A stretch of DNA of 64,000 bases from Abditibacteriaceae bacterium (GTDB taxonomy: Bacteria > Armatimonadota > Abditibacteriia > Abditibacteriales > Abditibacteriaceae), in NCBI GenBank assembly GCA_965277285.1, contig OZ255721.1, positions 2,144,001 to 2,208,000 on the forward strand. The letters are read 5' to 3'. Positions 17,691 to 26,713 of the stretch are shown here, piece after piece. Position 1 is the first letter of the stretch; each line of letters opens with the position of its first letter. The position numbers and the translations under genes were made by a program. The notes beneath the pieces are model-generated. The model did not search any database and had not been told where the DNA came from. It saw only the letters and a list, made by a program, of their open reading frames with translations.

Positions 17691-17793
17691 CGCGCGTATA
17701 CAAAAACGGTAATTTCTTTAAGCTCTTTAACGCCTTTAGAAGCTCTAAACCATTAAAGAGCTTAAAGAAATTACCGTTTTACCTATACGCGCG
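17691..17793. repeat. Long AT-rich inverted repeat, candidate replication origin
   Basis: Perfect 28-bp arms at 17703-17730 / 17753-17780, outer CGCGCGTATA / TATACGCGCG arms; immediately after the primase-helicase. Confidence 0.7.
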
Positions 17794-18017
17794 AAAAGAA
17801 GAACCCGCAGGCCGACAGTGAGGTTTGTAAAATGCGCGAAATTGACGACGACCGCGCCATATTCGGCGACGAGGAGGAAGCAGCTTAGAAAGGGCGCGCA
17901 AGCAGTTTGCGGGAGCGTCGCGCTTTGGCACTCGCTGTAAATTATTTGCGCCGTCGCAATTAGGTTTTCATTGTTTGCACTAATACGAAGTAAAACGCGG
18001 CGAAAAGGAGTTGAAAA

Positions 18018-18416
18018 ATGATGAAGAATCATTCTATTTTGCTTGATGAAAATGAACTCATTTGGTTACATGACCCAGCCCTATTTCCGTTCGTAAGACA
18101 AGGCTGGCTTGCAATGGCAGGCCGAAACCGCGCCGTCAGTTTGAGCGGTGACAGGGAAAAGGTTTTGATCGGCTACATGACGCTCAAACCCAAAGCGGAG
18201 GGTTTAGGGCAAGGCCGATTTTTCCGCAGGTTCTTCTATTTGTCGTCGTGGGATCATCAGGGAAATACAGTTGAGTATTTACCGTGCGAAAGTGTCGATC
18301 CGTTCACCGTTTCCGCAAAAATCGAAGGACAACAAACGGAAAGATGCCACATTCCGACGACACTGGAACAGCGAAAAGTAATCAAAAGCCTTTTTGCTGC
18401 GAAGAAAAAGAAGTGA
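18018..18416 (+). CDS. Hypothetical protein, DUF6009-like
   Basis: 'LIWL.D...FVR', 'IGY..L', 'F.RRFF.L...D', 'P.ESVDP.TV' pattern recalled from DUF6009; AAGGAG RBS. Confidence 0.55.
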   Translation: MMKNHSILLDENELIWLHDPALFPFVRQGWLAMAGRNRAVSLSGDREKVLIGYMTLKPKAEGLGQGRFFRRFFYLSSWDHQGNTVEYLPCESVDPFTVSAKIEGQQTERCHIPTTLEQRKVIKSLFAAKKKK

Positions 18417-18423
18417 GCGAACC

Positions 18424-18813
18424 ATGACCAGAAAAGAGCGTGAATTACTCGCTACCGTCGAACGTTCTGCGCTTGCATGGGAGTTGCGCGAATTTGTGAG
18501 AGAGCAGGCCGCAGTGCGCAATTCTTCGCTTTACGTTCGTAACATTACACATCATGCGCCATGTGGACAAATCACAAAGCGGCGCGAAATTGAATGCTGG
18601 TGTTCCGGCGCGCAGTGGCTGCTCGATAAGCTCAATTCTCGCGCCGCGACCATCAACAAAGAAAGTAGCAAATGGCCGAAGACGCCGCAACAAATGGGCG
18701 TCATGCTCAACAAATTGACGCCCGGCCTTCTGCTCAAAAATGTGCGCGCGACATACTCACGGCATGAGCTTTACGGGCGATTATGGACGCTTTGGGCGGT
18801 TGAATATCTGTAA
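18424..18813 (+). CDS. Hypothetical protein resembling the C-terminal DNA-binding domain of element replication ATPases
   Basis: 'W...A..LL..L...KWPKTP..MG..L.KL.P.L' pattern; start uncertain. Confidence 0.5.
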   Translation: MTRKERELLATVERSALAWELREFVREQAAVRNSSLYVRNITHHAPCGQITKRREIECWCSGAQWLLDKLNSRAATINKESSKWPKTPQQMGVMLNKLTPGLLLKNVRATYSRHELYGRLWTLWAVEYL

Positions 18814-18971
18814 ACCGTTGACACTTTAGCAGCCGCAGAGCTTTTTTCGCCGACCAAGCCAACGGGCGAAAACCTACCTTTTGAGGAGGCACTCTTAACC
18901 CATTTTGCATTTGCTCATGTTGTTTGTGCATAAATAACGCAATATTTTCCTCAATCAATGCCAATCCGTAA

Positions 18972-19460
18972 ATGAGAGTTAGAGCTATGGGAAATAAGCA
19001 TTCTACGCGGTGGCCACGCGGCTATAAGAAAAAGACCTGTATCAATGAGTGTCGTCGTCTTAGCCCACGCGAAGCACGACACACGGGCATTGCAACGGTT
19101 ACAACACCCATGCCGCGCGGCGGCTTGCGGTATTGGTGTCTCTGCCCTGTGTGTAACGGGCGCAGGGGCGATCTGTTCCAACGGCCCGGCTGTGAGGTTT
19201 GGGCTTGCCGTGAGTGTCACGGTTTGACCTATAGCGAAAGGCAGCGCCGCCGCGCGCGTGTGATGAGTCCGAAAGATTGGCCAACTTTTTTACAATGGCT
19301 GCAACAACATCAGTTTGTCAAAGCATGGCTGAAATATCACAGCAAAACAGCGATCCACAAAAACGATGCAGAGCAGTTCGAGAATGCGTTGTGCGAGCTT
19401 CTTTGCGACGAATATAACGCCGAATATGCGCGCCTTAAAGAAGCTGGTCGAATACGCTGA
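18972..19460 (+). CDS. Zinc-ribbon hypothetical protein typical of integrative or satellite elements
   Basis: 'GG.RYW..CP.C..R...L.....ACR.C..L.Y.' double CxxC motif. Confidence 0.65.
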   Translation: MRVRAMGNKHSTRWPRGYKKKTCINECRRLSPREARHTGIATVTTPMPRGGLRYWCLCPVCNGRRGDLFQRPGCEVWACRECHGLTYSERQRRRARVMSPKDWPTFLQWLQQHQFVKAWLKYHSKTAIHKNDAEQFENALCELLCDEYNAEYARLKEAGRIR

Positions 19461-19465
19461 ATGAG

Positions 19466-19600
19466 TGCAAATAATTTCGAGAGGGTGTTTTTGCTTGAAA
19501 TCGCTAAGATTTCCTTTTGACACCTGCCAGCAGGGACGCTCCTTTGTTGCTTTTTCAAATTGGCGGGAGGGTTATGCCGTGCCGTTTCGAGTACTCGATC
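19466..19600 (+). repeat. ~130-bp direct repeat, copy 1
   Basis: Aligns along its length with 26560-26692; identical core GATTTCCTTTTGACACCTGCCAGCAGG; ends in TCGAGTACTCGATC. Confidence 0.85.
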
Positions 19601-19686
19601 AATCAAAATACGGCAGCCGTGTTACAATTTCCTCGTGGTTGGGCGAAGTTTCGTCATCTCCCTTGTGGAAATGTAAATTGAAATGA

Positions 19687-20571
19687 ATGTCTTTTGTGAT
19701 TATGAGTAAATTCAATGATGTGATTGAAGAAGTGGAATGGCACAATCGTATTATTCACGGTGACTGCCTGCAAGTTTTGAAGCAAATACCGTCGAATGCA
19801 GTTGATCTAATTGTGACTTCGCCACCCTACGCGGACAGCCGCAAAAGCACTTACGGCGGCATTCACCCTGATGAATACGTTCAATGGTTCTTGCCCAGGA
19901 GTGAGGAATTAAGGCGTGTTCTCAAAGACAACGGTAGTTTCATCCTCAACATCAAAGAGAAGGCGACAGACGGCCAGCGACATACTTACGTGCTTGAGTT
20001 AATACTTGCGCTCAAGAAACAGGGTTGGCTATGGACAGATGAATATATCTGGCACAAACGCAACTGCACGCCCGGCAAGTGGCCCAACCGTTTCCGCGAC
20101 GCTTGGGAGCGATGCCTACATTTCACAAAGCAAAAGAAGTTCAATATGTACCAAGATGCTGTTATGGTGCCGACAGGTGATTGGGCCAAGTCACGCCTCA
20201 AGAACTTGAGCGAAACCGACAAGCGCCGAGATACTTCCAAGGTGGGTAGCGGCTTCGGCAAGAATATATCGAATTGGGTAGGCCGTGAGATGGCTTATCC
20301 AACCAATGTTTTACACATGGCTACCGAGTGCGGCAACAAAAACCACAGCGCCGCTTTTCCCAAAGAGCTACCTGCCTGGTTCATCAAATTATTTACTCAG
20401 GAGGGCGATGTAGTTCTTGATCCGTTTTTCGGTTCAGGCACGACCGGAATAGCCGCAGTGGAACTGCGTAGGCACTATGTTGGCATTGAACTGAAAGAAG
20501 ATTATTACAACTTGGCCGTGGCAAATGTGGAACACGCCCGCCTGCCCGTGGAGCAAACCACGTTATTATGA
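19687..20571 (+). CDS. Site-specific DNA methyltransferase, N4-C/N6-A beta class
   Basis: 'IVTSPPY' catalytic motif precedes 'VLDPFFGSGTT' SAM-binding motif; start may be 19702. Confidence 0.93.
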   Translation: MSFVIMSKFNDVIEEVEWHNRIIHGDCLQVLKQIPSNAVDLIVTSPPYADSRKSTYGGIHPDEYVQWFLPRSEELRRVLKDNGSFILNIKEKATDGQRHTYVLELILALKKQGWLWTDEYIWHKRNCTPGKWPNRFRDAWERCLHFTKQKKFNMYQDAVMVPTGDWAKSRLKNLSETDKRRDTSKVGSGFGKNISNWVGREMAYPTNVLHMATECGNKNHSAAFPKELPAWFIKLFTQEGDVVLDPFFGSGTTGIAAVELRRHYVGIELKEDYYNLAVANVEHARLPVEQTTLL

Positions 20572-21326
20572 ATACGCCTTCACCCTATCAAGACTATTAC
20601 GATTATTTGGCCGAGCACGTCATGTCGCCGTTTTACACAAGCCGCTTGGTCAAACTCAATGAGCTTAAACTCGCCAATGTTTTGAAACGCAAGAATCCAT
20701 ATTTGTTCAAAGCTAAGAACATAGATATTCCCAGCGATTTGGTGAAGGGCATCGTTGACGCTTATCTTTCATCTCAAGAGGAAACGATGTTCGGCAATCT
20801 GCTGGAAGGGTTTGCGATCTATGTTTCAAACAGGCTCTACGGCGGCTTCAAATCAGGTTTCAAGAGCGTAGATTTAGAGTTCGAGCGAGATAACATCTAC
20901 TATATTGTGGGCATTAAGTCTGGCATAAGTTGGGCCAACGCCGACCAAATCAGAGCCATGAAAGACGGTTATAAAGCCGCCAAGCAGAGTTTGCGCGCAG
21001 CAGGCAGGACAAACGAGATCATAGCTGTTAATGGCTGCATTTACGGCAAAGACCGAAGCCCGCTTAAAACGGATGCCAGCGACTCAGACAAGACTTATTA
21101 TAAATATGCAGGTCAAGACTTCTGGAAGTTCATTTCAGATGATGATCTGCTATATCAAGAAATCATTGTGCCGATAGATCAGGAAGCCAAACAAAAAGAT
21201 GAGACGTTTAGAGCTGCCTATGCTGCCAAAGTCAATGAAATGACTGAGGATTTTAGCCGCAGCTTTATGACAAACCACCAAATAGATTGGTTGAAGCTTG
21301 TTGACTATGTGTCCAAAAGAGCCTAA
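20568..21326 (+). CDS. Type II restriction endonuclease, PmeII/EcoO109I-like family
   Basis: 'LKRKNPYLFKAK', 'SSQEETMFGNLLE', 'VDLE...IKSG', 'GQDFWKFIS'; ATGA overlap with the MTase. Confidence 0.8.
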   Translation: MNTPSPYQDYYDYLAEHVMSPFYTSRLVKLNELKLANVLKRKNPYLFKAKNIDIPSDLVKGIVDAYLSSQEETMFGNLLEGFAIYVSNRLYGGFKSGFKSVDLEFERDNIYYIVGIKSGISWANADQIRAMKDGYKAAKQSLRAAGRTNEIIAVNGCIYGKDRSPLKTDASDSDKTYYKYAGQDFWKFISDDDLLYQEIIVPIDQEAKQKDETFRAAYAAKVNEMTEDFSRSFMTNHQIDWLKLVDYVSKRA

Positions 21327-21367
21327 AAAGCTGTCCAGCAAATTTTAATTCGGCTGATGCTGAGACA

Positions 21368-23065
21368 TCACGTTAGTGCTTTATTAATGAGCTTTACTAC
21401 AGTGTAGAAGTGCTGATAGTAATCACGGTTGGGTTGAGCTTGCGCCTTAAATTCGCTCAAGAAAAGTTGCTTTAACTTTCCTCTGGCATCGTTACGCTCT
21501 TTAGTGACGGCACTTGTAGCTTGCTGAACCACATCGGGATTGCCTGCATAGACTGCACTACGCACGGAATCAGGAAGCAACCCTTCAATATCGCGCTTGC
21601 CAGGAAGATTTTGACCGATGGATATGTAATGTTTTCCCTTCTCCAACTTGAGACTGCTGAAGGTAGTACTAACCTCTTGTTCACAATCAAGGTCGTGAGT
21701 TATGAAAAATTTGCCGTATTTGTCCATTATAAATCTGAGCAAGATCGTGTTTTTGAGCGTGTCTTTACCACCATATGCGAAAATTTCGCCATCGAATCTG
21801 AGAGAATTTTCCCCATGTGCAGAGTCACGGAGTAATTCAAAATACTCCTTGTCTATTGGCCCTTCGACCATAAGTATCCGGTCAGTCTTGCTAAAGAGAA
21901 GTTGCTTCCAAGGCTCAAATTCTGCATTGTCAATGCCCAGAGCAAGACTGAAAGGTTCCATCCAGCAGTCACCTTTTGTATCAACGACTTCTGTCCGTTG
22001 TGATTGTCTATTTACGGTGCAACGCTGGAGAAGAATATTCGATTCAGGCTTTGCCATCGAAAGCAAGTATGGACTATGTGTTGTAGCGATGACTTGAACT
22101 TGAAACTCTTCGGATAAATCTTGCAGAATACGGCCAAATTCGGCTTGTGCTGACGGATGAAGAAAACTTTCTGGTTCCTCGATAATCAGGACGGGCGTGA
22201 TTTTATCCGAAATATCTTGTGACTCTGTAATCTTTTTTGCTTTAAATAAAGTGAGCAATATCTGAGTGCGATTGCGTGTCCCACTTCCCCAATCTTTGAG
22301 CGGAACGGAAACACTTTTGTCACCAAGTGACATATCGAATGGCAAATATTCAAGATTTACGTCGGGAACGGACAAGCTCAATTCATATTTCTCTTCGAGT
22401 TTCCCAAGTAGTTCTGTAATTTCTTTCTGATGCTGTTTTGCAAGTTTTCCGATGAATGTGTCGAATGACTTTTGCATTTTTGCAAACTTTTCTCGATCTG
22501 CGGTTGAAAACTCGCTTACAAATCCGCCGTAAGCTCGTCGGTATGGGTAACGACTGTACTCACCTGCTTCGGTTGAGTTATGGAAAAGGATTGCCCCAGA
22601 AGATTGTATTTTTTTCAATATTTCTTTGGCCGAGTACTCATCCACCTCGTCATCATTGACGTGTACGATTACTTGGTTTTCCGGCTTGAGAGCAGTTTGC
22701 TTAAGTTCTATCTTGACCTTAAGAATGTTTTTTTGATCGTCAATCGTGGCGAATCTCTCAATGAATTTATACAGACCTGCATCATTTTCTCGCTCCACTT
22801 CGATGGACATGGAAAGATTAATAGGCGCTTCGCCTTTTTCCTTATCCTTCGCCTTCCACATGGGAAAATCTTCTTTGTACGAGATAGTTTCTCCTTCACC
22901 AAACATAAAAGGAGTTTTCTCTCTCAGAATAACGCGAATGGCTCGGACAAGATTGGTTTTACCGGCATTATTTTTCCCACAGATAGCAGAGTAAGAACTT
23001 GGGAAAGATAAGCTAAGTTCGTCCAAACTACGGTAATTGCAAATTGCCAGTTCTGTGATTTTCAT
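21368..23065 (-). CDS. OLD-family ATP-dependent nuclease (ABC ATPase plus TOPRIM)
   Basis: 'GKNNAGKTN', 'GSG' signature, 'IIEEPESFLHP', 'TTHSPY', TOPRIM 'VEGPID' and 'HDLD'. Confidence 0.85.
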   Translation of the reverse strand: MKITELAICNYRSLDELSLSFPSSYSAICGKNNAGKTNLVRAIRVILREKTPFMFGEGETISYKEDFPMWKAKDKEKGEAPINLSMSIEVERENDAGLYKFIERFATIDDQKNILKVKIELKQTALKPENQVIVHVNDDEVDEYSAKEILKKIQSSGAILFHNSTEAGEYSRYPYRRAYGGFVSEFSTADREKFAKMQKSFDTFIGKLAKQHQKEITELLGKLEEKYELSLSVPDVNLEYLPFDMSLGDKSVSVPLKDWGSGTRNRTQILLTLFKAKKITESQDISDKITPVLIIEEPESFLHPSAQAEFGRILQDLSEEFQVQVIATTHSPYLLSMAKPESNILLQRCTVNRQSQRTEVVDTKGDCWMEPFSLALGIDNAEFEPWKQLLFSKTDRILMVEGPIDKEYFELLRDSAHGENSLRFDGEIFAYGGKDTLKNTILLRFIMDKYGKFFITHDLDCEQEVSTTFSSLKLEKGKHYISIGQNLPGKRDIEGLLPDSVRSAVYAGNPDVVQQATSAVTKERNDARGKLKQLFLSEFKAQAQPNRDYYQHFYTVVKLINKALT

Positions 23066-23087
23066 AATTCCTCTTCATTATACATTG

Positions 23088-23168
23088 CCACTCGATCAAG
23101 CTCACCTGCCGCCGCAAGCCGCAGCGAGCATAGGCTGTGCAAATTCGAGTGCTGCACCTTGTCGGCTT
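23088..23168 (-). other. Degenerate attC site on minus strand upstream of the OLD gene
   Basis: Minus strand GCCGAC-AAGGT-GCAGCAC...GCGGCGGCAGGTGAGC-TTGATCG, same family as the left array; GTT core lost. Confidence 0.6.
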
Positions 23169-23301
23169 ACTGTTAAAGACGTTAATTAGGAATATCGGCC
23201 ATATTGAGATATTAAGAACAGAATGTGCTTCGCCTCCAAGCTATCAATAAGACTTTGTTGCATGAATGGTCACGGATACGATCTGCGGATAATGTTGATG
23301 T

Positions 23302-24300
23302 GTGAAAAGCAAGAAAACCAAAAGGCAGTATCGTATCCGCAACTGGCGGGAGTATAACGCGGCTTTGGTGAGGCGCGGAAGTTTGACGGTGTGGCTGGAC
23401 GAGGCGGCGCTGGTAGGTTGGTTTGAGCAGCAGAAGAGTGGCCGACGTGGTGCTTCGCGCCTTTACAGCGACATGGCCATCGAGGCCGTTTTGGTTTTGA
23501 AGGCAGTGTATCGGCTGCCGTTGCGCGCTGCACAAGGGTTTGCTCACAGCGTGCTGGCTTTGATGGGATGGTCGTTGCCGGTGCCCCATTTCAGCACCTT
23601 GAGCCGTCGTCAAGTAGGTTTGGAGTTGGACGTGCCGTGCTTGAGAAGTGGTGGGGCGTTACATCTGGTGGTGGATTCGACCGGCTGCAAGGTTTACGGT
23701 GAAGGCGAATGGAAAGTGCGCGTGCATGGCAAAAGCCAGAGACGGACGTGGCGCAAACTGCATTTGGGTGTGGACGAAAAGACGGGTGAGATTGTGGCTG
23801 CCGTCTTGAGCAGCAACGATGTGAGTGACAGTGAGGATGTGAGTGACAGTGAGGATGTGAGTGACAGTGAGGCGTTGCCGCTGCTGTTGGAGCAGGTTCA
23901 AGAGCCGATTGCTCAACTCAGTGGCGACGGCGGCTATGACAAGGGTTCCTGTTATGAGGTTTTGCAAAAGCGGGAGACAGAACAGGAACAGGCTGTGAAA
24001 GTGACCATCCCGCCCCGGCGCGGCGCACGGATTTGGAGGCATGGCAACCGTAAAGACCAACGGCTGGCGCGTGATGAGAACCTGCGAGAGATTCGGCGTG
24101 TGGGACGCCAAAAGTGGAAGCAGCAAAACGGCTATCACCGGCGCTCTTTGGCAGAGACGGCAATGTCACGCTACAAGCGAATCGTGGGCGACAAGTTGCA
24201 GGCCAGAGACTTCCAAAGGCAAAGCACCGAAGCCTTTGTCGGGGTCTTGATGCTCAACCGAATGAACGCGCTGGGAAGGCCACGAAGTTACGCGGTCTGA
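23302..24300 (+). CDS. IS903-like transposase
   Basis: 'NWREYNAALVRRGSLTVW', 'VDSTGCKVYGEGEW', 'RRTWRKLHLGVD', 'GDGGYD', 'YHRRSLAETAM'. Confidence 0.93.
   Translation: MKSKKTKRQYRIRNWREYNAALVRRGSLTVWLDEAALVGWFEQQKSGRRGASRLYSDMAIEAVLVLKAVYRLPLRAAQGFAHSVLALMGWSLPVPHFSTLSRRQVGLELDVPCLRSGGALHLVVDSTGCKVYGEGEWKVRVHGKSQRRTWRKLHLGVDEKTGEIVAAVLSSNDVSDSEDVSDSEDVSDSEALPLLLEQVQEPIAQLSGDGGYDKGSCYEVLQKRETEQEQAVKVTIPPRRGARIWRHGNRKDQRLARDENLREIRRVGRQKWKQQNGYHRRSLAETAMSRYKRIVGDKLQARDFQRQSTEAFVGVLMLNRMNALGRPRSYAV
23818..23871 (+). repeat. 3 x 18-bp tandem repeat inside transposase (DVSDSE x3)
   Basis: GATGTGAGTGACAGTGAG repeated three times exactly. Confidence 0.95.
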
Positions 24301-25086
24301 AAACAAAAGTCAAAGAGTGAAGAAGCTCAAAAGCTATTCATGCAACAAAGTCTATCAATAATATAATTGACCTCACTTGAGAAGTTAGTTGGCGCACCAA
24401 TACGGCAGGAAGCAAATAATTCCTCGAATACAGGTTTTGTCATACCAGAATTGAATGAATTTAGCGGAATCGACTTTTTTGTCCCCAGTTTAAAATGAGC
24501 TTCGCAAGCTGGAACATACCGTGCTTTGTCATTTTGGCGGGCACAATAATAACTACCACACCAACCACTCAAACGCTTAATATGTGTCTCTGCAAGCTTG
24601 TTTTGGCATGGCAGAGGGCAAGCTTTAATTAGATTTTCTAATTGAGGAACATCAACTTTCACAATATCGTTATCGTCGGGACTTTTGTATTGTACAATCC
24701 CGAATTTTATTCCTTCCATCGTATAAATTAAGTCCCCACCTTTGATGTCACTCAAACGGACGCCCGTTTGATGAAGCACCCTTGTCTCAAATACCACACC
24801 ATTAACTTGATGCAGAACTGGCTCACTCGGTTTTGTCCCAAAGTGATCTGAGTAGACCAAATCCTGCTCAAATGGATGAAATGCGTTTCGCTCCTTTTTT
24901 CTTCGACATCGAAGAGGACTTGTTGTCCCTGAACAATTGCACCAATCTGCACATTGATGTGCTCGATCAAATCCGACAGTTCCTCTCTATTCATACCTAT
25001 CATAGTTTAGCGAAAGACCTACGAAACACGTCAGGGTTGCACGCAGCAAGAGAACTCCTTATCGTACGCCTTGTTTGCTCATAATC

Positions 25087-25308
25087 CTATTCCAACCTCG
25101 CGAATACCTGTGATAATCTGATGTCGAATGCATCTGATAACTTCTTGGCAGTTTCAATACTCACAGTTTTTTCGCCACGTTCAATAGCACCAATATACGT
25201 CCGATGTAATCCACATTTATCGGCAAATGCTTCTTGTGACAAACCTGCTTCGAGACGAAGTTGACGAATGACCACCCCAAATTTTTTAACAATTGGCGCA
25301 TTTCTCAC
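25087..25308 (-). CDS. XRE-family HTH regulator, R-M controller (C protein)-like
   Basis: 'FG..IRQLR...GLSQEAFADKCGLHRTYIGAIERGEK'. Confidence 0.88.
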   Translation of the reverse strand: MRNAPIVKKFGVVIRQLRLEAGLSQEAFADKCGLHRTYIGAIERGEKTVSIETAKKLSDAFDIRLSQVFARLE

Positions 25309-25416
25309 CCCCTACACATTAAAAAATTGCATACTAAAGCTCTACATTCTAAAGATAGCACAAGTCCTTTTTTGACATTGAGAAATAAGGCTAATTACTC
25401 AACTGTAGGGAGAACA

Positions 25417-26541
25417 ATGCAAATTTTCATCGCCCGAAACAACGAAGGACATGGCCCTTACACGTTAGAGCAAATTCAGGCTTATCTTGATTCCGGCCAT
25501 GTGCATGGTTCTGATCTGGCATGGCACAAAGGGCTTCAAGGCTGGATTCCTTTGGCGCAAGTTTCGGGCGTTCGAGTTCCTCAAGTTTTGACAATACTGC
25601 CGCCGCCACCCGTATCTTTGCCCAAACCAGCGCCTTTACCTACACCCACACTTCAAGCGATTGATAAAAAGCCTGCGTTTAATTTCAACAATGTTGTGAA
25701 ATGGGTTTTGGTCAGTATCGGAACAATGGTAGTTATGACAATGTTTATTGCTGTGTTTTTTGTCGGTTCATCAGATAATCCAATATCTTCGACCAATGTT
25801 GTAAAAGCTACAGCTAACCACATAAATTCATCTGAGCAAAAGAAACAAAAAATTGTCCCGGCTCCTGTGCTTAGAAAAATAAGTCGCAAAGAGCGGCGTG
25901 TAAGAATGCGAGCAGCGGCCTTTGACGTGCCTTCATTGCTTGGCAAAAAAATCAGCTATCTCAGAGAAATATTGGGACACCCTGATGAAGAAGATAAAGA
26001 TGAGGAAACCAGAAACGCCTCTCTTGGCATTGACAACGCCACAATGATGTGGACAAAGAAACGTTGGAACTTATTAGTTCATTACAAACTTGACGATAAA
26101 CGTGTTTATGAATGCTTCATCAGCCCCGGAGACGACAGTACAACGAAAGATAAGGCGGGGTTGCTCCAAGCCAGCAATGTTGAAGAAAATTCTCCCCTCT
26201 ATGCAGTCAAATTTATTGGTGAGCTTGGCTCAAATGAAGACTTTATGGGTGTAGAGATCAAGCCCATGACGACGGCTATTGCAGCCGAAGAGAAGCAGAA
26301 GGCAAACGCGAATTGGGCACAGGCGACTGGCCATCTCTGGGAAGGAACCAAGCTTTACTTTGGCGCGGGACACGGCTACATTGGGCAGATTGTTGAGATG
26401 AATGACAATTACACTTCTCCACTCACTGGCACCAACTTTCGCGGCTTAAAAGTGCGCTTTCCAGATGGTAACGAAGAATGGAAAGACCGCGACGCCATCA
26501 TTAGCAATGACAACTGGATGGTGGATTTGAACCAAAAATAA
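25417..26541 (+). CDS. DUF4339 (GYF_2) domain membrane protein
   Basis: 'GPYTLEQI...SDLAWHKGLQGWIPL' N-terminus, Pro-rich linker, one TM helix; GGGAG RBS before ATG 25417. Confidence 0.8.
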   Translation: MQIFIARNNEGHGPYTLEQIQAYLDSGHVHGSDLAWHKGLQGWIPLAQVSGVRVPQVLTILPPPPVSLPKPAPLPTPTLQAIDKKPAFNFNNVVKWVLVSIGTMVVMTMFIAVFFVGSSDNPISSTNVVKATANHINSSEQKKQKIVPAPVLRKISRKERRVRMRAAAFDVPSLLGKKISYLREILGHPDEEDKDEETRNASLGIDNATMMWTKKRWNLLVHYKLDDKRVYECFISPGDDSTTKDKAGLLQASNVEENSPLYAVKFIGELGSNEDFMGVEIKPMTTAIAAEEKQKANANWAQATGHLWEGTKLYFGAGHGYIGQIVEMNDNYTSPLTGTNFRGLKVRFPDGNEEWKDRDAIISNDNWMVDLNQK

Positions 26542-26559
26542 TCCGCGAGCGAACCATTT

Positions 26560-26692
26560 TGCAAATAATTTGAAAGGGTGTTTTGACAAAAATCGCTAAG
26601 GATTTCCTTTTGACACCTGCCAGCAGGAGCGCTCTTTTATTGTTTTTTCAAATTGACGGGAGGGTATGCCGTGTCGGTTCGAGTACTCGATC
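26560..26692 (+). repeat. ~130-bp direct repeat, copy 2
   Basis: Diverged copy of 19466-19600; homology ends at TCGAGTACTCGATC. Confidence 0.85.
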
Positions 26693-26713
26693 TGATTGGT
26701 TAGACTGCAACGC

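Larger units (their letters stand above)
23251..24352 (+). mobile_element. IS5-family element (IS903-like group)
   Basis: 17-bp perfect terminal inverted repeats GACTTTGTTGCATGAAT; 9-bp target duplication TATCAATAA at 23242-23250 and 24353-24361. Confidence 0.93.
23186..24994 (-). pseudogene. Hypothetical gene interrupted by IS and probably frameshifted
   Basis: Removing the IS and one duplication copy extends ORF 24327-24860 as '...NYIIDSLEAKHILFLISQYGRYS*' (stop 23186-23188); overlapping ORF 24752-25003 may be its 5' part. Confidence 0.5.

Noticed and set aside
19687..20571. Element MTase as the cause of the CGAGTACTCG enrichment (ScaI-like AGTACT specificity)
   Set aside because: Specificity cannot be read from the sequence; the gene is mobile cargo with a cognate endonuclease, which would deplete rather than enrich sites, and the motif is densest in host DNA
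21368..23065. Gabija or retron system
   Set aside because: No GajB/UvrD helicase or reverse transcriptase is adjacent
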